Assembly: GCF_003334405.1 (NCBI RefSeq)
Contig: NZ_QOWM01000001.1
Length of the DNA stretch: 64,000 nt
DNA from: Escherichia coli
GTDB taxonomy: Bacteria; Pseudomonadota; Gammaproteobacteria; Enterobacterales; Enterobacteriaceae
Direction: 5' to 3' (one strand)
Each line of letters opens with the position of its first letter. Within the stretch, counting starts at the first letter, position 1. The position numbers were made by a program, and so were the translations under genes. Positions 32,819-44,905 of this stretch are shown here, in pieces. The notes below the pieces were generated by a model that made no database searches, was not told where the DNA came from, and saw nothing but the letters and a program-made list of their open reading frames with translations.

Positions 32819-34138
32819 ATGGATGTCATGAGAAGTGTTCTGGGAATGGTGGTATTGCTGACGATTGCGTTTTTACTGTCAGTAAACAAGAAGAAGATCA
32901 GCCTGCGTACCGTTGGCGCGGCGTTAGTGTTACAGGTCGTGATTGGCGGCATTATGCTTTGGTTACCGCCAGGGCGTTGGGTCGCTGAAAAAGTCGCTTT
33001 TGGCGTGCATAAAGTGATGGCGTACAGCGACGCGGGTAGCGCATTTATCTTCGGTTCTCTGGTCGGACCGAAAATGGATACCTTATTTGATGGTGCAGGA
33101 TTTATCTTTGGTTTCAGGGTGTTACCGGCAATTATCTTCGTCACCGCGCTGGTGAGTATTCTCTACTACATCGGTGTGATGGGGATTTTAATTCGAATTC
33201 TCGGCGGTATCTTCCAGAAAGCATTAAATATCAGCAAGATCGAGTCATTCGTCGCGGTCACCACCATTTTCCTCGGGCAAAACGAAATTCCGGCAATCGT
33301 CAAACCCTTTATCGATCGTCTGAATCGCAATGAATTATTTACAGCGATTTGTAGTGGCATGGCCTCGATTGCTGGTTCGACAATGATTGGTTACGCCGCA
33401 CTGGGCGTGCCTGTGGAATATCTGCTGGCGGCATCATTAATGGCGATCCCTGGCGGGATCTTGTTTGCCCGCCTGTTAAGCCCGGCAACGGAATCTTCGC
33501 AGGTTTCCTTTAATAACCTCTCTTTCACCGAAACACCGCCAAAAAGCATTATTGAAGCCGCTGCGACAGGGGCAATGACCGGGCTGAAAATCGCCGCAGG
33601 TGTGGCAACAGTGGTGATGGCATTTGTTGCAATAATTGCGTTGATTAACGGTATTATCGGCGGCGTTGGTGGCTGGTTTGGTTTTGAACATGCCTCGCTG
33701 GAGTCCATTTTAGGTTACCTGCTGGCTCCACTGGCGTGGGTGATGGGTGTGGACTGGAGTGATGCGAATCTTGCCGGGAGTTTGATTGGACAGAAACTGG
33801 CAATAAATGAATTTGTCGCTTATCTCAATTTCTCACCCTATCTGCAAACGGCTGGCACTCTCGATGCTAAAACTGTGGCGATTATTTCCTTCGCGTTGTG
33901 CGGTTTCGCTAACTTTGGTTCTATCGGGGTGGTGGTGGGGGCGTTTTCTGCGGTTGCGCCACACCGTGCGCCGGAAATCGCCCAGCTTGGTTTACGGGCG
34001 CTGTCGCGGAAACTGTATCCTTCAAGAAAGCTATATACCAGGCCCGCCATAAAACCATCGTCAGCACCAAAACTGTCTACTGTCGTATGCGCTGGCGCGG
34101 TCAGCAAAAATTGTTCTCCATCCTTTTCGCTGCAATAA
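32819..34138 (+). CDS. nupX: CNT-family nucleoside transporter NupX with an aberrant 3' end (last ~21 expected codons replaced by 44 unrelated codons); possibly a pseudogene
   Basis: Colinear with paralogue PsuT to residue 395 (...PEIAQLGLRAL), then diverges; the 3' extension is antisense to yeiI coding sequence. Confidence 0.8.
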   Translation: MDVMRSVLGMVVLLTIAFLLSVNKKKISLRTVGAALVLQVVIGGIMLWLPPGRWVAEKVAFGVHKVMAYSDAGSAFIFGSLVGPKMDTLFDGAGFIFGFRVLPAIIFVTALVSILYYIGVMGILIRILGGIFQKALNISKIESFVAVTTIFLGQNEIPAIVKPFIDRLNRNELFTAICSGMASIAGSTMIGYAALGVPVEYLLAASLMAIPGGILFARLLSPATESSQVSFNNLSFTETPPKSIIEAAATGAMTGLKIAAGVATVVMAFVAIIALINGIIGGVGGWFGFEHASLESILGYLLAPLAWVMGVDWSDANLAGSLIGQKLAINEFVAYLNFSPYLQTAGTLDAKTVAIISFALCGFANFGSIGVVVGAFSAVAPHRAPEIAQLGLRALSRKLYPSRKLYTRPAIKPSSAPKLSTVVCAGAVSKNCSPSFSLQ

Positions 34139-34983
34139 ACTGACTCATCGGGCAAATAAACAAACAGTTGCTGAACACCTTGCTGATGCAATGCATTCAC
34201 TGCGGTATTACGGTCAGCATCGCTGGTGATCGCCTGTCCCCATAAAATTTCCAGCTCCGGTAAAGTGGGTTTCAGGGTGTGAATATGCGCCAGCCAGTGT
34301 TTGATTTTGCCCGCTTTGAATTCTGAAACGGTATCGACAAACACCGGGATTTCATCAGCGAGGGTAAAGACCCATTCCAGCGCCTCGGCTGTCAGGTTGC
34401 AATCAGCCAGTACCACGCCCGCATGACGAAGTAAATCGCGCGACCCGTTCAGTAGTTGCGGTGTCAACTGTTCCAGCAGATGGGTATCGTTAATCGCCAG
34501 CACGGTTTGATCGTCTCGATTGGCAATTGCCAGATACGTCGATGTGCTTTGACCATGCAAACGAACGCAGCCGGAGACATTCACGCCGGCACGGCGCGTT
34601 TCTTCCAGGAGCATTTCGCCATAAAAGTCATCGCCAATCACTGAAAGCAAATGGACGTCACGGCCTAACAGCGCCAGATTGTGGGCGATGTTGCGTCCCA
34701 CGCCGCCCGCTGAGCAATGAATTGTACCGGGATGAGAAGCCGATTGCGGGTAACGGATATCCGCCATCCCGCGAATATCCATATTGATTGTCCCCACCAC
34801 TACGCAGTATTCCTGCTCGGTGAGAATGTAACCTTTGCCTTTAATCCGGCCTTTGCGCATTAAATCCATAATATGCGCCGCAACGCGCGAACGGCTGATT
34901 TGCAGCATGTCCGCAATTTCGTTCTGCTGAATCAGCGGGTTACGCCGTAAAATTGCAAGGATCTCCTTTTCCCGGTTATTCAT
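33838..34983 (-). CDS. yeiI: HTH plus PfkB-family sugar kinase YeiI with an aberrant 3' end; possibly a pseudogene
   Basis: N-terminal HTH and PfkB kinase core up to ...FGADDGFMAGLVYSFLEGYSFRDSA; the final ~52 codons are antisense to nupX and lack the conserved PfkB C-terminal segment. Confidence 0.8.
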   Translation of the reverse strand: MNNREKEILAILRRNPLIQQNEIADMLQISRSRVAAHIMDLMRKGRIKGKGYILTEQEYCVVVGTINMDIRGMADIRYPQSASHPGTIHCSAGGVGRNIAHNLALLGRDVHLLSVIGDDFYGEMLLEETRRAGVNVSGCVRLHGQSTSTYLAIANRDDQTVLAINDTHLLEQLTPQLLNGSRDLLRHAGVVLADCNLTAEALEWVFTLADEIPVFVDTVSEFKAGKIKHWLAHIHTLKPTLPELEILWGQAITSDADRNTAVNALHQQGVQQLFVYLPDESVYCSEKDGEQFLLTAPAHTTVDSFGADDGFMAGLVYSFLEGYSFRDSARKPSWAISGARCGATAENAPTTTPIEPKLAKPHNAKEIIATVLASRVPAVCR

Positions 34984-34985
34984 CT

Positions 34986-35843
34986 TCAGGCTACCGCTTT
35001 TTCAGTTTGTTGCGCTTTCAGCCAGGCGATCTCTTCTGCCCAGATATCCGGGTTGATGGTTTCGAGGATCAGCGGAATGCCGTCGAAACGGTCGTCCTGC
35101 ATGATCCAGCGGAACGCATCATGACCGATATTGCCTTCACCGAGGCTATGATGGCGGTCAACGCGGCTGCCAAAGGTGCTTTTCGCATCGTTAAGGTGCA
35201 TCCCGCGCAGATACTTAAAGCCGACAGTACGGGCAAAATGCGCGAATGTTTTCTCGCATTCGGCTGGAGTACGCAAATCATACCCGGCAGCGAAAGCATG
35301 GCAGGTATCAATGCAGACGCCGACGCGGGATTTATCTTCCACGCCGTCGATAATCGCCGCGAGATGTTCGAATTTAAACCCTAAGTTACTGCCCTGACCG
35401 GCGGTGTTTTCTATCACCGCTGTCACACCTTGAGTTTTATCCAGCGCAATGTTGATGGATTCGGCAATACGCGCAAGGCAATCCTCTTCTGAAATCTGCA
35501 TCAGATGGCTGCCAGGGTGGAAGTTGAGCAAAGAAAGCCCCAGCTGTTCGCAACGCTGCATTTCATCTATAAAGGCATCGCGCGATTTTTCCAGAGCTTC
35601 AGTGACCGGATGTCCGAGGTTAATCAGATAACTGTCGTGGGGAAGAATTTGCGCCGATGTGTAGTGATATTTTTCACAGGCGGCTTTGAATTCATCGATG
35701 GTTTGCGTCGTGAGCGGTGCGGCACGCCACTGACGTTGGTTTTTGGTGAACAAGGCAAACGCGGTTGCGTCGATTTCGGCGGCGCGAATTGCGGCATTTG
35801 CCAGACCGCCAGCAGCACTAACGTGCGCTCCAATGTATTTCAT
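34986..35843 (-). CDS. nfo: Endonuclease IV (AP endonuclease)
   Basis: 285-aa ORF; xylose isomerase-like TIM-barrel AP endonuclease. Confidence 0.95.
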   Translation of the reverse strand: MKYIGAHVSAAGGLANAAIRAAEIDATAFALFTKNQRQWRAAPLTTQTIDEFKAACEKYHYTSAQILPHDSYLINLGHPVTEALEKSRDAFIDEMQRCEQLGLSLLNFHPGSHLMQISEEDCLARIAESINIALDKTQGVTAVIENTAGQGSNLGFKFEHLAAIIDGVEDKSRVGVCIDTCHAFAAGYDLRTPAECEKTFAHFARTVGFKYLRGMHLNDAKSTFGSRVDRHHSLGEGNIGHDAFRWIMQDDRFDGIPLILETINPDIWAEEIAWLKAQQTEKAVA

Positions 35844-35916
35844 GCGAGGACTCCTGTTAAACCCGCTGGAGGAAAACGGTAATGATAGCGGGTTAACAGG
35901 AGCAAGATGTAGTGGT

Positions 35917-36966
35917 TTATGCGATGACGCTTTGAATCACATAGTTAATCGCACCACCACCAACAATCAGCCAGGCAAACAGTACCAGTGCCATCAGCAG
36001 AGGTTTCGCCCCAGCTTTTTTCAGCGCGCTGACGTGAGTGGTCAGACCCAGCGCCGCCATCGCCATTGCCAGCAGGAAGGTATCCAGCGTTACCAGCATG
36101 TTCACCACGCTCTGCGGTAACAGGTGGAACGAGTTAAAGATGGCAACTACGATGAACAAGATGGCAAACCACGGAATAGTGATTTTGCTTTTCTCGCCGC
36201 TGTTCGCCCCAGACAGCTGTTTAACACGCGCCGCCAGCAGGATGAGGAACGGAGCCAGCATCATCACGCGCAGCATTTTGGAAATAACTGCTGCGTTTTC
36301 CGCATCCGGGCTGATGGCATGACCTGCCGCCACCACCTGCGCCACTTCGTGCACAGTAGAACCAATGTAGATACCGAAAGTTTCCGGACTAAACCATTGA
36401 GACATCAGCGGATATATCGCCGGGTAGAGGAAAATCGCGACGGTCCCGAAGATAACAACGGTTGCAACAGCCACGGTTACTTTACTGGCTTCCGCTTTCA
36501 CTACCGGCTCAGTCGCCAGTACCGCGGCAGCACCACAGATACTGCTACCGGCACCGATCAACCAGCTGGTGTGCTTATCCAGACCAAACACTTTCTGCCC
36601 CAGGAAGCAAGCCAGCAGGAAGGTACTGGACAGCGTCAACACGTCAATGATGATCCCACTGATACCGACATCGGCAATTTGCGAGAACGTCAGACGGAAG
36701 CCATAAAGAATGATACCCAGACGTAATAAATATTGCTTGGCAAACAGCACACCACCGTCACAGCTTTTCCAGATGTGCGGATAGATGGTGTTGCCTAAAA
36801 CCATCCCCAACAAGATTGCGAGGGTGAGGGCACTAAACCCGGCACCCGCAACCGCGGGAATGGAACCACCCCACAGGGCGACCCCGGTGATAACTGCACT
36901 CAGGGCTAACCCCGGAATAAAATGCCACAGTGTACGATGTTGTTTCTGTAAGGTGATATTCGTCAT
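35917..36966 (-). CDS. yeiH: UPF0324 inner membrane protein YeiH
   Basis: 349-aa polytopic membrane ORF; divergent from yeiE. Confidence 0.9.
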   Translation of the reverse strand: MTNITLQKQHRTLWHFIPGLALSAVITGVALWGGSIPAVAGAGFSALTLAILLGMVLGNTIYPHIWKSCDGGVLFAKQYLLRLGIILYGFRLTFSQIADVGISGIIIDVLTLSSTFLLACFLGQKVFGLDKHTSWLIGAGSSICGAAAVLATEPVVKAEASKVTVAVATVVIFGTVAIFLYPAIYPLMSQWFSPETFGIYIGSTVHEVAQVVAAGHAISPDAENAAVISKMLRVMMLAPFLILLAARVKQLSGANSGEKSKITIPWFAILFIVVAIFNSFHLLPQSVVNMLVTLDTFLLAMAMAALGLTTHVSALKKAGAKPLLMALVLFAWLIVGGGAINYVIQSVIA

Positions 36967-37064
36967 AACCCTCTCCTTTAACCGGGCATAAGGTTACGAC
37001 TAACTGGTTTAAAAATAAAATTGATTATATATTTATAATTAATCTTTATAAGTGGTAAGCGACT

Positions 37065-37946
37065 ATGCACATCACCCTCCGGCAGTTGGAAGTTTTTGCA
37101 GAAGTATTGAAAAGTGGATCAACCACCCAGGCGTCGGTGATGCTGGCGTTGTCGCAATCAGCAGTGAGCGCAGCCTTGACCGACCTGGAAGGGCAGCTTG
37201 GCGTGCAACTGTTTGATCGCGTGGGGAAAAGACTGGTTGTTAATGAACACGGGCGGCTGCTCTATCCGCGTGCGTTGGCATTGCTTGAACAGGCGGTTGA
37301 AATCGAACAACTGTTTCGCGAAGACAACGGCGCGATTCGTATCTATGCCAGTAGTACCATCGGTAACTACATTCTGCCTGCAGTTATCGCCCGTTATCGC
37401 CATGATTATCCGCAGTTGCCGATTGAACTTAGCGTTGGGAATAGCCAGGACGTGATGCAAGCGGTGCTGGATTTCCGCGTTGATATTGGCTTTATTGAAG
37501 GACCGTGCCACAGCACTGAAATCATTTCTGAACCGTGGCTGGAAGACGAGCTGGTGGTTTTCGCCGCGCCGACTTCGCCGTTGGCCCGTGGTCCGGTCAC
37601 CTTAGAACAGCTGGCCGCTGCGCCGTGGATCCTGCGTGAACGCGGTTCCGGCACGCGGGAGATTGTCGATTATCTGTTGCTGTCACATTTACCGAAGTTT
37701 GAGATGGCGATGGAATTAGGTAACTCCGAGGCAATCAAACATGCGGTGCGTCATGGGTTGGGAATTAGTTGCCTGTCGCGACGTGTGATTGAAGATCAAT
37801 TGCAGGCAGGCACATTAAGTGAAGTTGCGGTCCCTCTGCCGCGCCTGATGCGTACGTTGTGGCGTATACATCATCGGCAAAAACACCTTTCCAACGCGCT
37901 ACGGCGCTTTCTGGACTATTGCGATCCCGCAAATGTGCCGCGTTAA
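37065..37946 (+). CDS. yeiE: LysR-type transcriptional regulator YeiE
   Basis: 293-aa ORF with an N-terminal LysR HTH. Confidence 0.92.
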
Positions 37947-38150
37947 GTTGCTGTACAAGAACATGCTGGTGCTGTGTCGATTTCGTGACGCAGCGCCTTC
38001 AGCATGCATTCGCCAGAAAAGAGATTGGCTGCTTTACTTATAATCCCTGGGCGATCATGAAGGTGTCTTATAACCGTGTATTTCTGCCGGAAGGATTGCC
38101 AATCGTCTGCTACAATCGCGCCTCATTTTTAAGATGGATAGCATTTTTGT

Positions 38151-39620
38151 ATGGTTTCCGAAACTAAAACCACAGAAGCGCCGGGCTTACGCCGTGAATT
38201 AAAGGCGCGTCACCTGACGATGATTGCCATTGGCGGTTCCATCGGTACAGGTCTTTTTGTTGCCTCTGGCGCAACGATTTCTCAGGCAGGTCCGGGCGGG
38301 GCATTGCTCTCGTATATGCTGATTGGCCTGATGGTTTACTTCCTGATGACCAGTCTCGGTGAACTGGCTGCATATATGCCGGTTTCCGGTTCGTTTGCCA
38401 CTTACGGTCAGAACTATGTTGAAGAAGGCTTTGGCTTCGCGCTGGGCTGGAACTACTGGTACAACTGGGCGGTGACTATCGCCGTTGACCTGGTTGCAGC
38501 TCAGCTGGTCATGAGCTGGTGGTTCCCGGATACACCGGGCTGGATCTGGAGTGCGTTGTTCCTCGGCGTTATCTTCCTGCTGAACTACATCTCAGTTCGT
38601 GGCTTTGGTGAAGCGGAATACTGGTTCTCACTGATCAAAGTCACGACAGTTATTGTCTTTATCATCGTTGGCGTGCTGATGATTATCGGTATCTTCAAAG
38701 GCGCGCAGCCTGCGGGCTGGAGCAACTGGACAATCGGCGAAGCGCCGTTTGCTGGTGGTTTTGCGGCGATGATCGGCGTAGCTATGATTGTCGGCTTCTC
38801 TTTCCAGGGAACCGAGCTGATCGGTATTGCTGCAGGCGAGTCCGAAGATCCGGCGAAAAACATTCCACGCGCGGTACGTCAGGTGTTCTGGCGAATCCTG
38901 TTGTTCTATGTGTTCGCGATCCTGATTATCAGCCTGATTATTCCGTACACCGATCCGAGCCTGCTGCGTAACGATGTTAAAGACATCAGCGTTAGTCCGT
39001 TCACCCTGGTGTTCCAGCACGCGGGTCTGCTCTCTGCGGCGGCGGTGATGAACGCAGTTATTCTGACGGCGGTGCTGTCAGCGGGTAACTCCGGTATGTA
39101 TGCGTCTACTCGTATGCTGTACACCCTGGCGTGTGACGGTAAAGCGCCGCGCATTTTCGCTAAACTGTCGCGTGGTGGCGTGCCGCGTAATGCGCTGTAT
39201 GCGACGACGGTGATTGCCGGTCTGTGCTTCCTGACCTCCATGTTTGGCAACCAGACGGTATACCTGTGGCTGCTGAACACCTCCGGGATGACGGGTTTTA
39301 TCGCCTGGCTGGGGATTGCCATTAGCCACTATCGCTTCCGTCGCGGTTACGTATTGCAGGGACACGACATTAACGATCTGCCGTACCGTTCAGGTTTCTT
39401 CCCACTGGGGCCGATCTTCGCATTCATTCTGTGTCTGATTATCACTTTGGGCCAGAACTACGAAGCGTTCCTGAAAGATACTATTGACTGGGGCGGCGTA
39501 GCGGCAACGTATATTGGTATCCCGCTGTTCCTGATTATTTGGTTCGGCTACAAGCTGATTAAAGGAACTCACTTCGTACGCTACAGCGAAATGAAGTTCC
39601 CGCAGAACGATAAGAAATAA
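38151..39620 (+). CDS. lysP: Lysine-specific permease (APC family)
   Basis: 489-aa 12-TM amino acid permease. Confidence 0.95.
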   Translation: MVSETKTTEAPGLRRELKARHLTMIAIGGSIGTGLFVASGATISQAGPGGALLSYMLIGLMVYFLMTSLGELAAYMPVSGSFATYGQNYVEEGFGFALGWNYWYNWAVTIAVDLVAAQLVMSWWFPDTPGWIWSALFLGVIFLLNYISVRGFGEAEYWFSLIKVTTVIVFIIVGVLMIIGIFKGAQPAGWSNWTIGEAPFAGGFAAMIGVAMIVGFSFQGTELIGIAAGESEDPAKNIPRAVRQVFWRILLFYVFAILIISLIIPYTDPSLLRNDVKDISVSPFTLVFQHAGLLSAAAVMNAVILTAVLSAGNSGMYASTRMLYTLACDGKAPRIFAKLSRGGVPRNALYATTVIAGLCFLTSMFGNQTVYLWLLNTSGMTGFIAWLGIAISHYRFRRGYVLQGHDINDLPYRSGFFPLGPIFAFILCLIITLGQNYEAFLKDTIDWGGVAATYIGIPLFLIIWFGYKLIKGTHFVRYSEMKFPQNDKK

Positions 39621-39640
39621 GTTTCCTCCCTTCCTTGCTA

Positions 39641-39668
39641 AGCCCTCTCAACCGAGAGGGCTTTTTCA
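39641..39668 (+). terminator. Rho-independent terminator of lysP
   Basis: Stem agccctctc / gagagggct with loop aacc, followed by ttttt. Confidence 0.85.
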
Positions 39669-39715
39669 ATTCCATTTCCCTGACAAATCATGCGGATATA
39701 AAATTTAACATTTGG

Positions 39716-39744
39716 ATTGATAATTGTTATCGTTTGCATTATCG
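39716..39744. promoter_or_regulatory. Fur box in the cirA promoter region
   Basis: attgataattgttatcgtttgcattatc resembles the Fur consensus gataatgataatcattatc; cirA is iron-regulated. Confidence 0.55.
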
Positions 39745-39913
39745 TTACGCCGCAATCAAAAAAGGCTGACAAATCAGAGGCTGTTCCGGCTTTCTGGGAT
39801 GATCACCTGCATAAAAAATAAGTCCACCGCGATGCTGCCGTACGCAAGGGGACGTGAAGAAGATGTGAGCGATAACCCATTTTATTTTCGTAGTTACCTC
39901 ATGGAGATATGGA

Positions 39914-41905
39914 ATGTTTAGGTTGAACCCTTTCGTACGGGTCGGGCTGTGTTTGTCCGCTATTTCTTGTGCATGGCCTGTGTTAGCGGTCGATGATGAT
40001 GGCGAAACGATGGTTGTCACTGCATCTTCCGTGGAACAAAATCTTAAAGATGCACCTGCCAGTATCAGCGTCATTACCCAGGAAGACCTGCAGCGAAAAC
40101 CGGTACAGAATCTGAAGGATGTCCTCAAAGAAGTGCCTGGCGTACAACTGACGAACGAAGGGGATAACCGTAAGGGCGTTAGTATTCGTGGTCTGGACAG
40201 CAGCTATACCCTGATTCTCGTCGACGGTAAACGCGTGAACTCCCGCAATGCCGTCTTCCGCCACAATGATTTCGATCTGAACTGGATCCCGGTCGATTCC
40301 ATCGAACGTATTGAAGTGGTCCGTGGCCCGATGTCGTCGCTGTACGGTTCCGATGCGCTCGGCGGTGTAGTGAATATCATCACCAAAAAAATCGGTCAGA
40401 AATGGTCGGGTACCGTTACCGTCGATACCACCATTCAGGAACATCGCGATCGCGGTGACACCTATAACGGTCAGTTCTTTACCAGTGGACCATTAATTGA
40501 TGGTGTGCTGGGAATGAAAGCTTACGGCAGCCTGGCAAAACGTGAAAAGGATGACCCGCAAAACTCAACGACCACCGATACCGGAGAAACGCCGCGTATT
40601 GAAGGATTCTCCAGCCGCGACGGCAATGTCGAATTTGCCTGGACACCGAATCAAAATCACGATTTTACTGCCGGATACGGTTTCGACCGTCAGGATCGTG
40701 ATTCCGACTCGCTGGACAAAAACCGCCTGGAACGCCAGAACTACTCCGTCAGCCATAATGGGTGTTGGGATTACGGCACCAGCGAACTGAAATACTACGG
40801 TGAGAAAGTCGAGAACAAAAACCCTGGCAACAGCAGCCCGATAACTTCCGAAAGCAATACGGTCGACGGCAAATACACGTTGCCGCTGACGGCGATTAAT
40901 CAGTTTCTCACGGTTGGCGGTGAATGGCGTCACGACAAACTTAGCGATGCGGTGAACCTGACCGGGGGAACCAGCTCCAAAACGTCTGCCAGCCAGTACG
41001 CGCTGTTTGTGGAAGATGAATGGCGGATCTTCGAGCCGCTGGCGCTGACGACCGGCGTGCGTATGGACGATCACGAAACCTACGGTGAACACTGGAGTCC
41101 GCGTGCCTACCTGGTTTATAACGCCACCGACACCGTAACGGTGAAAGGGGGCTGGGCGACGGCATTTAAAGCACCTTCTCTGTTGCAACTTAGCCCTGAC
41201 TGGACGAGCAATTCCTGCCGTGGCGCATGTAAGATTGTGGGTAGCCCGGATCTGAAACCAGAAACCAGCGAAAGTTGGGAGCTGGGGCTTTACTACATGG
41301 GTGAAGAAGGCTGGCTGGAAGGGGTTGAATCCAGCGTTACCGTTTTCCGTAACGATGTGAAAGATCGTATCAGCATCAGCCGTACGTCTGACGTCAACGC
41401 TGCACCGGGCTACCAAAACTTTGTTGGTTTTGAGACGGGCGCTAACGGACGGCGCATACCGGTATTTAGCTACTACAACGTTAACAAAGCTCGTATTCAG
41501 GGCGTGGAAACCGAACTGAAAATTCCGTTCAACGATGAATGGAAACTGTCGATCAACTACACCTACAACGATGGTCGTGATGTCAGCAACGGCGAAAACA
41601 AACCGCTATCCGATCTGCCGTTCCATACTGCTAACGGTACGCTGGACTGGAAACCGCTGGCGCTGGAAGACTGGTCATTCTATGTTTCTGGGCACTATAC
41701 CGGGCAGAAACGCGCCGACAGCGCGACGGCTAAAACACCGGGCGGTTATACCATCTGGAATACCGGCGCGGCCTGGCAGGTGACTAAAGACGTCAAACTG
41801 CGCGCAGGCGTGCTGAACCTTGGCGACAAGGATCTCAGTCGTGACGACTACAGCTATAACGAAGACGGACGTCGTTACTTTATGGCAGTGGATTATCGCT
41901 TCTGA
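39914..41905 (+). CDS. cirA: TonB-dependent catecholate siderophore / colicin I receptor
   Basis: 663-aa ORF with signal peptide, TonB box, and a barrel ending ...YFMAVDYRF. Confidence 0.95.
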   Translation: MFRLNPFVRVGLCLSAISCAWPVLAVDDDGETMVVTASSVEQNLKDAPASISVITQEDLQRKPVQNLKDVLKEVPGVQLTNEGDNRKGVSIRGLDSSYTLILVDGKRVNSRNAVFRHNDFDLNWIPVDSIERIEVVRGPMSSLYGSDALGGVVNIITKKIGQKWSGTVTVDTTIQEHRDRGDTYNGQFFTSGPLIDGVLGMKAYGSLAKREKDDPQNSTTTDTGETPRIEGFSSRDGNVEFAWTPNQNHDFTAGYGFDRQDRDSDSLDKNRLERQNYSVSHNGCWDYGTSELKYYGEKVENKNPGNSSPITSESNTVDGKYTLPLTAINQFLTVGGEWRHDKLSDAVNLTGGTSSKTSASQYALFVEDEWRIFEPLALTTGVRMDDHETYGEHWSPRAYLVYNATDTVTVKGGWATAFKAPSLLQLSPDWTSNSCRGACKIVGSPDLKPETSESWELGLYYMGEEGWLEGVESSVTVFRNDVKDRISISRTSDVNAAPGYQNFVGFETGANGRRIPVFSYYNVNKARIQGVETELKIPFNDEWKLSINYTYNDGRDVSNGENKPLSDLPFHTANGTLDWKPLALEDWSFYVSGHYTGQKRADSATAKTPGGYTIWNTGAAWQVTKDVKLRAGVLNLGDKDLSRDDYSYNEDGRRYFMAVDYRF

Positions 41906-41936
41906 TGAGAAGATGCCCGGCGAACCGGGCGGACTT

Positions 41937-42806
<870 letters not shown>

Positions 42807-43030
42807 TCATCATACCGTTTATTCAATGTGCTGTGAGTAACTTTCACTTCCGTATTTGCATAACGATGTTTTAACATCTGCTGATGAAAGGCAGCGGCAA
42901 TTACAATAATTATCGCTGTGAATACTGGATTATGTGCGCCGCCTCACGCACAATAATCAGGCTGTAAATCAGCTTAATAACTTTGCCCCCACGCAGGGCG
43001 GAGGCGTCACACCTGCAGGAGAAATCATAA

Positions 43031-43699
43031 ATGCCATCACTCAGTAAAGAAGCGGCCCTGGTTCATGAAGCGTTAGTTGCGCGAGGACTGGAAACACCGC
43101 TGCGCCCGCCCGTGCATGAAATGGATAACGAAACGCGCAAAAGCCTTATTGCTGGTCATATGACCGAAATCATGCAGCTGCTGAATCTCGACCTGGCTGA
43201 TGACAGTTTGATGGAAACGCCGCATCGCATCGCTAAAATGTATGTCGATGAAATTTTCTCCGGTCTGGATTACGCCAATTTCCCGAAAATCACCCTCATT
43301 GAAAACAAAATGAAGGTCGATGAAATGGTCACCGTGCGCGATATCACTCTGACCAGCACCTGTGAACACCATTTTGTTACCATCGATGGCAAAGCGACGG
43401 TGGCCTATATCCCGAAAGATTCGGTGATCGGTCTGTCAAAAATTAACCGCATTGTGCAGTTCTTTGCCCAGCGTCCGCAGGTGCAGGAACGTCTGACGCA
43501 GCAAATTCTTATTGCGCTACAAACGCTGCTGGGCACCAATAACGTGGCTGTCTCGATCGACGCGGTGCATTACTGCGTGAAGGCGCGTGGCATCCGCGAT
43601 GCAACCAGTGCCACGACAACGACCTCTCTTGGTGGATTGTTCAAATCCAGTCAGAATACGCGCCACGAGTTTCTGCGCGCTGTGCGTCATCACAACTGA
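43031..43699 (+). CDS. folE: GTP cyclohydrolase I
   Basis: 222-aa ORF recognised as FolE. Confidence 0.95.
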
Positions 43700-43715
43700 T
43701 TAAAAGGCAGGAACC

Positions 43716-44873
43716 ATGGAGCGCAACGTCACGCTCGATTTTGTTCGCGGCGTCGCCATTCTGGGGATCCTGCTATTAAACATCAGCGCCTTTGGGCTAC
43801 CAAAGGCGGCTTATCTCAATCCCGCCTGGTACGGTGCTATTACGCCGCGGGATGCATGGACTTGGGCATTTCTTGATCTCATCGGCCAGGTGAAATTCCT
43901 CACGCTTTTTGCGCTACTGTTTGGTGCGGGCCTGCAAATGTTGCTGCCCCGTGGCAGACGCTGGATCCAGTCGCGGTTAACGCTGTTAGTCTTGTTGGGC
44001 TTTATTCACGGTTTATTGTTCTGGGACGGCGATATTTTGCTGGCTTACGGGCTGGTGGGCTTAATCTGCTGGCGGCTGGTGCGCGATGCGCCATCGGTAA
44101 AAAGCCTGTTTAATACAGGCGTCATGCTTTATCTGGTGGGGCTTGGCGTTTTGCTGTTATTGGGGCTGATTTCCGACAGCCAGACCAGCCGCGCCTGGAC
44201 GCCGGATGCATCGGCTATTTTGTATGAAAAATACTGGAAGCTTCACGGCGGCGTTGAAGCGATCAGTTATCGTGCCGATGGTGTTGGCAACAGTTTACTG
44301 GCACTGGGCGCACAGTATGGCTGGCAACTGGCAGGGATGATGCTCATTGGTGCGGCGCTGATGCGCAGCGGCTGGCTGAAAGGGCAGTTCAGCTTACGTC
44401 ACTATCGTCGTACTGGTTTTGTGCTGGTGGCGATTGGGGTGACCATTAACCTTCCTGCCATCGCCCTGCAATGGCAGCTGGACTGGGCGTATCGCTGGTG
44501 TGCCTTCTTACTTCAAATGCCGCGGGAACTGAGTGCGCCGTTTCAGGCGATTGGCTATGCGTCGCTGTTTTATGGCTTCTGGCCGCAATTGAGCCGCTTT
44601 AAGCTGGTGCTTGCGATCGCCTGCGTCGGACGGATGGCGCTGACCAACTATCTATTGCAAACGCTGATTTGTACCACGCTTTTTTACCACCTCGGTTTGT
44701 TTATGCATTTTGACCGCCTGGAGCTGCTGGCGTTTGTTATTCCGGTATGGCTGGCGAATATCCTCTTCTCTGTTATCTGGCTGCGTTACTTCCGCCAGGG
44801 GCCGGTGGAATGGCTCTGGCGTCAGTTAACTTTGCGTGCTGCCGGACCGGCAATATCTAAAACATCAAGATAA
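43716..44873 (+). CDS. yeiB: DUF418 family inner membrane protein YeiB
   Basis: 385-aa polytopic membrane ORF 17 bp after folE. Confidence 0.9.
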   Translation: MERNVTLDFVRGVAILGILLLNISAFGLPKAAYLNPAWYGAITPRDAWTWAFLDLIGQVKFLTLFALLFGAGLQMLLPRGRRWIQSRLTLLVLLGFIHGLLFWDGDILLAYGLVGLICWRLVRDAPSVKSLFNTGVMLYLVGLGVLLLLGLISDSQTSRAWTPDASAILYEKYWKLHGGVEAISYRADGVGNSLLALGAQYGWQLAGMMLIGAALMRSGWLKGQFSLRHYRRTGFVLVAIGVTINLPAIALQWQLDWAYRWCAFLLQMPRELSAPFQAIGYASLFYGFWPQLSRFKLVLAIACVGRMALTNYLLQTLICTTLFYHLGLFMHFDRLELLAFVIPVWLANILFSVIWLRYFRQGPVEWLWRQLTLRAAGPAISKTSR

Positions 44874-44905
44874 CGATCTGGATCACATTCGTTAACAAAA
44901 CGGCT

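Noticed and set aside
36124-36726. 200-codon ORF on the plus strand
   Set aside because: Antisense to yeiH; Arg/His-rich junk translation.
40565-41416. 283-codon ORF on the minus strand
   Set aside because: Lies entirely antisense within cirA, which has a clear TonB-dependent receptor translation; a shadow ORF.
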